A stretch of 52,531 bases of DNA from Eubacteriales bacterium (GTDB lineage Bacteria > Bacillota > Clostridia > Christensenellales > Aristaeellaceae): NCBI GenBank assembly GCA_028701335.1, contig JAQVQY010000001.1, positions 1 through 52,531 on the forward strand, read 5' to 3'. The translations under genes and the position numbers were made by a program. This document shows, piece by piece, positions 51,811 to 52,531 of the stretch (its first letter is position 1; each line of letters opens with the position of its first letter). The notes beneath the pieces were generated by a model. The model saw nothing but the letters and a program-made list of their open reading frames with translations. It did no database searches and was not told where the DNA came from.

Positions 51811-51833
51811 AAACATATTAACACAATATGTTT
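51811..51833. repeat. palindrome AAACATAT-N7-ATATGTTT in the XRE upstream region (putative operator)
   Basis: Perfect 8-bp inverted arms lie about 20 nt upstream of the XRE start. They overlap a TGT-TAATAT extended -10 on the minus strand. Confidence 0.5.
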
Positions 51834-52185
51834 AAAAACAAATGTAACAAGCAATTATGCCTATGGACGACAGACCGGGATTTCCAACAACCAAATAGTA
51901 TGGAGCCTTGAGCATTCGTCATTGGGAGATGGCACTCTTATTCGCCAATATGCCCAAGGACGTGGAGGCCAGAGTCAAAATCCATAGCTTGACTGAGGAT
52001 GGACTCAGTCCCAATCGTTTTCTGAAGGGACGGGTGCAAAAAGCGCCGGGAGTAGACATGTATGATACTGATTAAGCGGCTCAGTTGTTATCGGTTCATG
52101 AGCCGGATGCCTGCATAGTGATAAGAGGCGCTTGACGCCATACAATCAGCACAGCATACGGTATCATATGATGTCATTTCTATTC

Positions 52186-52223
52186 AATAAAGAAAGCCGT
52201 TGCCCTAATGGGTAACGGCTTTC
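52186..52223 (-). terminator. rho-independent terminator ending the rRNA/tRNA transcription unit
   Basis: A 13-bp GC-rich hairpin (AAAGCCGTT[A/G]CCC) with one mismatch, whose 3' arm runs into TTTCTTTATT on the minus strand. Confidence 0.6.
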
Positions 52224-52295
52224 CCTTGGCCCCAAATCACAAATCCCAGAGCGCCTTTGACAAACTAAATCAGAGGTTCGGATTCAGGCTATTGT

Positions 52296-52370
52296 TGGCT
52301 CCCCAGGTAGGACTCGAACCTACAACAACCCGGTTAACAGCCGGGTGCTCTGCCATTGAGCTACTGAGGA
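52296..52370 (-). tRNA. tRNA-Asn (anticodon GUU), CCA encoded
   Basis: The reverse complement is TCCTCAGTAGCTCAATGGCAGAGCACCCGGCTGTTAACCGGGTTGTTGTAGGTTCGAGTCCTACCTGGGGAGCCA. It has a 7-bp acceptor stem, the anticodon loop CU-GUU-AA and the T-loop GGTTCGAGTCC. Confidence 0.97.
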
Positions 52371-52375
52371 AAATG

Positions 52376-52405
52376 AGACTGCGGAGGACTGCTCCTCCGC
52401 AGTCT
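52376..52405 (-). other. perfect 13-bp hairpin filling the 5S-tRNA spacer
   Basis: AGACTGCGGAGGA-CTGC-TCCTCCGCAGTCT. It starts 5 nt after the 5S end and ends 5 nt before the tRNA. Confidence 0.6.
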
Positions 52406-52410
52406 TGGGA

Positions 52411-52526
52411 ACCGGCGGCGACCTACTCTTCCGGGCCGTTTCCAGCCAAGTACCATCAGCGCTGAAGGGCTTAACTTCTGTGTTCGGGATGGGAACAGGT
52501 GGGGCCCCTTCGCCTTTGCCACCGGT
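52411..52526 (-). rRNA. rrf: 5S ribosomal RNA
   Basis: The reverse complement contains CCCATCCCGAACACAGAAGTTAAGCCCTTCAGCGCTGATGGTACT and GAGTAGGTCGCCGCCGGT. Helix I pairs ACCGGUGGC with GCCGCCGGU. The ends are accurate to about 2 nt, and only about 5 nt of upstream spacer lie inside the window. Confidence 0.93.
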
Positions 52527-52531
52527 AGTTC

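Noticed and set aside
51649-51898. The idea that the two in-frame TAG codons (51651-49 in the XRE gene and 51896-98 in the divergent ORF) reflect amber-codon reassignment, as in some recoded phages.
   Set aside because: There are only two data points. The XRE gene also ends at a TAG and additionally needs a frameshift correction. Ordinary decay is the more economical explanation.
51709-51987. A 92-aa plus-strand ORF in the AT-rich patch.
   Set aside because: It overlaps the XRE pseudogene and its operator and has no RBS or motifs. The other reading frames explain the region better.
50289-52295. A direct repeat of the tRNA-Asn 3' end (att site) at the far edge of the AT-rich patch.
   Set aside because: Only trivial similarities were seen by eye, for example GGACTCAGTCC at 52001, which is itself a small palindrome. 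A proper local alignment is needed before claiming att sites.
52208-52465. An 85-aa ORF overlapping the terminator, tRNA-Asn and 5S rRNA.
   Set aside because: It is entirely explained by the RNA genes on the other strand.

Overview
This is a chromosomal, mostly housekeeping window from a visibly GC-rich Gram-positive bacterium. It looks Clostridia-like: it has a T-box leader, RNase Y, a yabM-mazG-hup-S4 gene block and Firmicute-type Pho boxes. GC content was judged by eye, not computed.

Gene content, left to right:
- A signal-peptide MsrB, a metallophosphoesterase, a SAM methyltransferase, an S4-domain protein, HU, YabN/MazG, a MOP-family flippase, gyrA and gyrB.
- A Trp-type T-box leader driving a TrpXYZ-like ABC transporter whose permease is frameshifted.
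- A CUT1-type sugar ABC operon ending in a GH3 glycosidase.
- A decayed FetAB/YbbLM-like ATPase and permease pair.
- A CapA-like protein, a small secreted Cys/His protein, a COG2509 FAD protein and an amidohydrolase.
- pstSCAB-phoU plus a PhoP/PhoR-type two-component system, preceded by four phased Pho boxes.
- Chromate-transporter genes: one full-length and one split pair.
- A second CUT1 sugar operon ending in a GH29 fucosidase.
- A Cys/Met PLP enzyme, an acyl-ACP thioesterase and rny.
- A redox block: VOC protein, korAB, a GlpA-like FAD dehydrogenase pair and CoADR-rhodanese.
- A roughly 1.9 kb AT-richer patch holding a secreted peptidoglycan-binding protein, an XRE-regulator pseudogene with a palindromic operator, and a possible recombinase tail.
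- A terminator, tRNA-Asn(GUU) and a 5S rRNA, which together form the tail of an rrn operon on the minus strand.

I saw no CRISPR array, no intact mobile element, and no recognisable defence or toxin system. I did not find a convincing novel multi-gene system.

The most unusual items are:
- the relic island next to tRNA-Asn;
- the number of disrupted genes, which reflects either genuine decay or assembly errors;
- the T-box with a non-canonical base after the specifier codon;
- a long hairpin-rich rny leader;
- the absence of lipoboxes on all exported proteins seen here.

All calls rest on reading the ORF translations and the sequence by eye. No database search was run.
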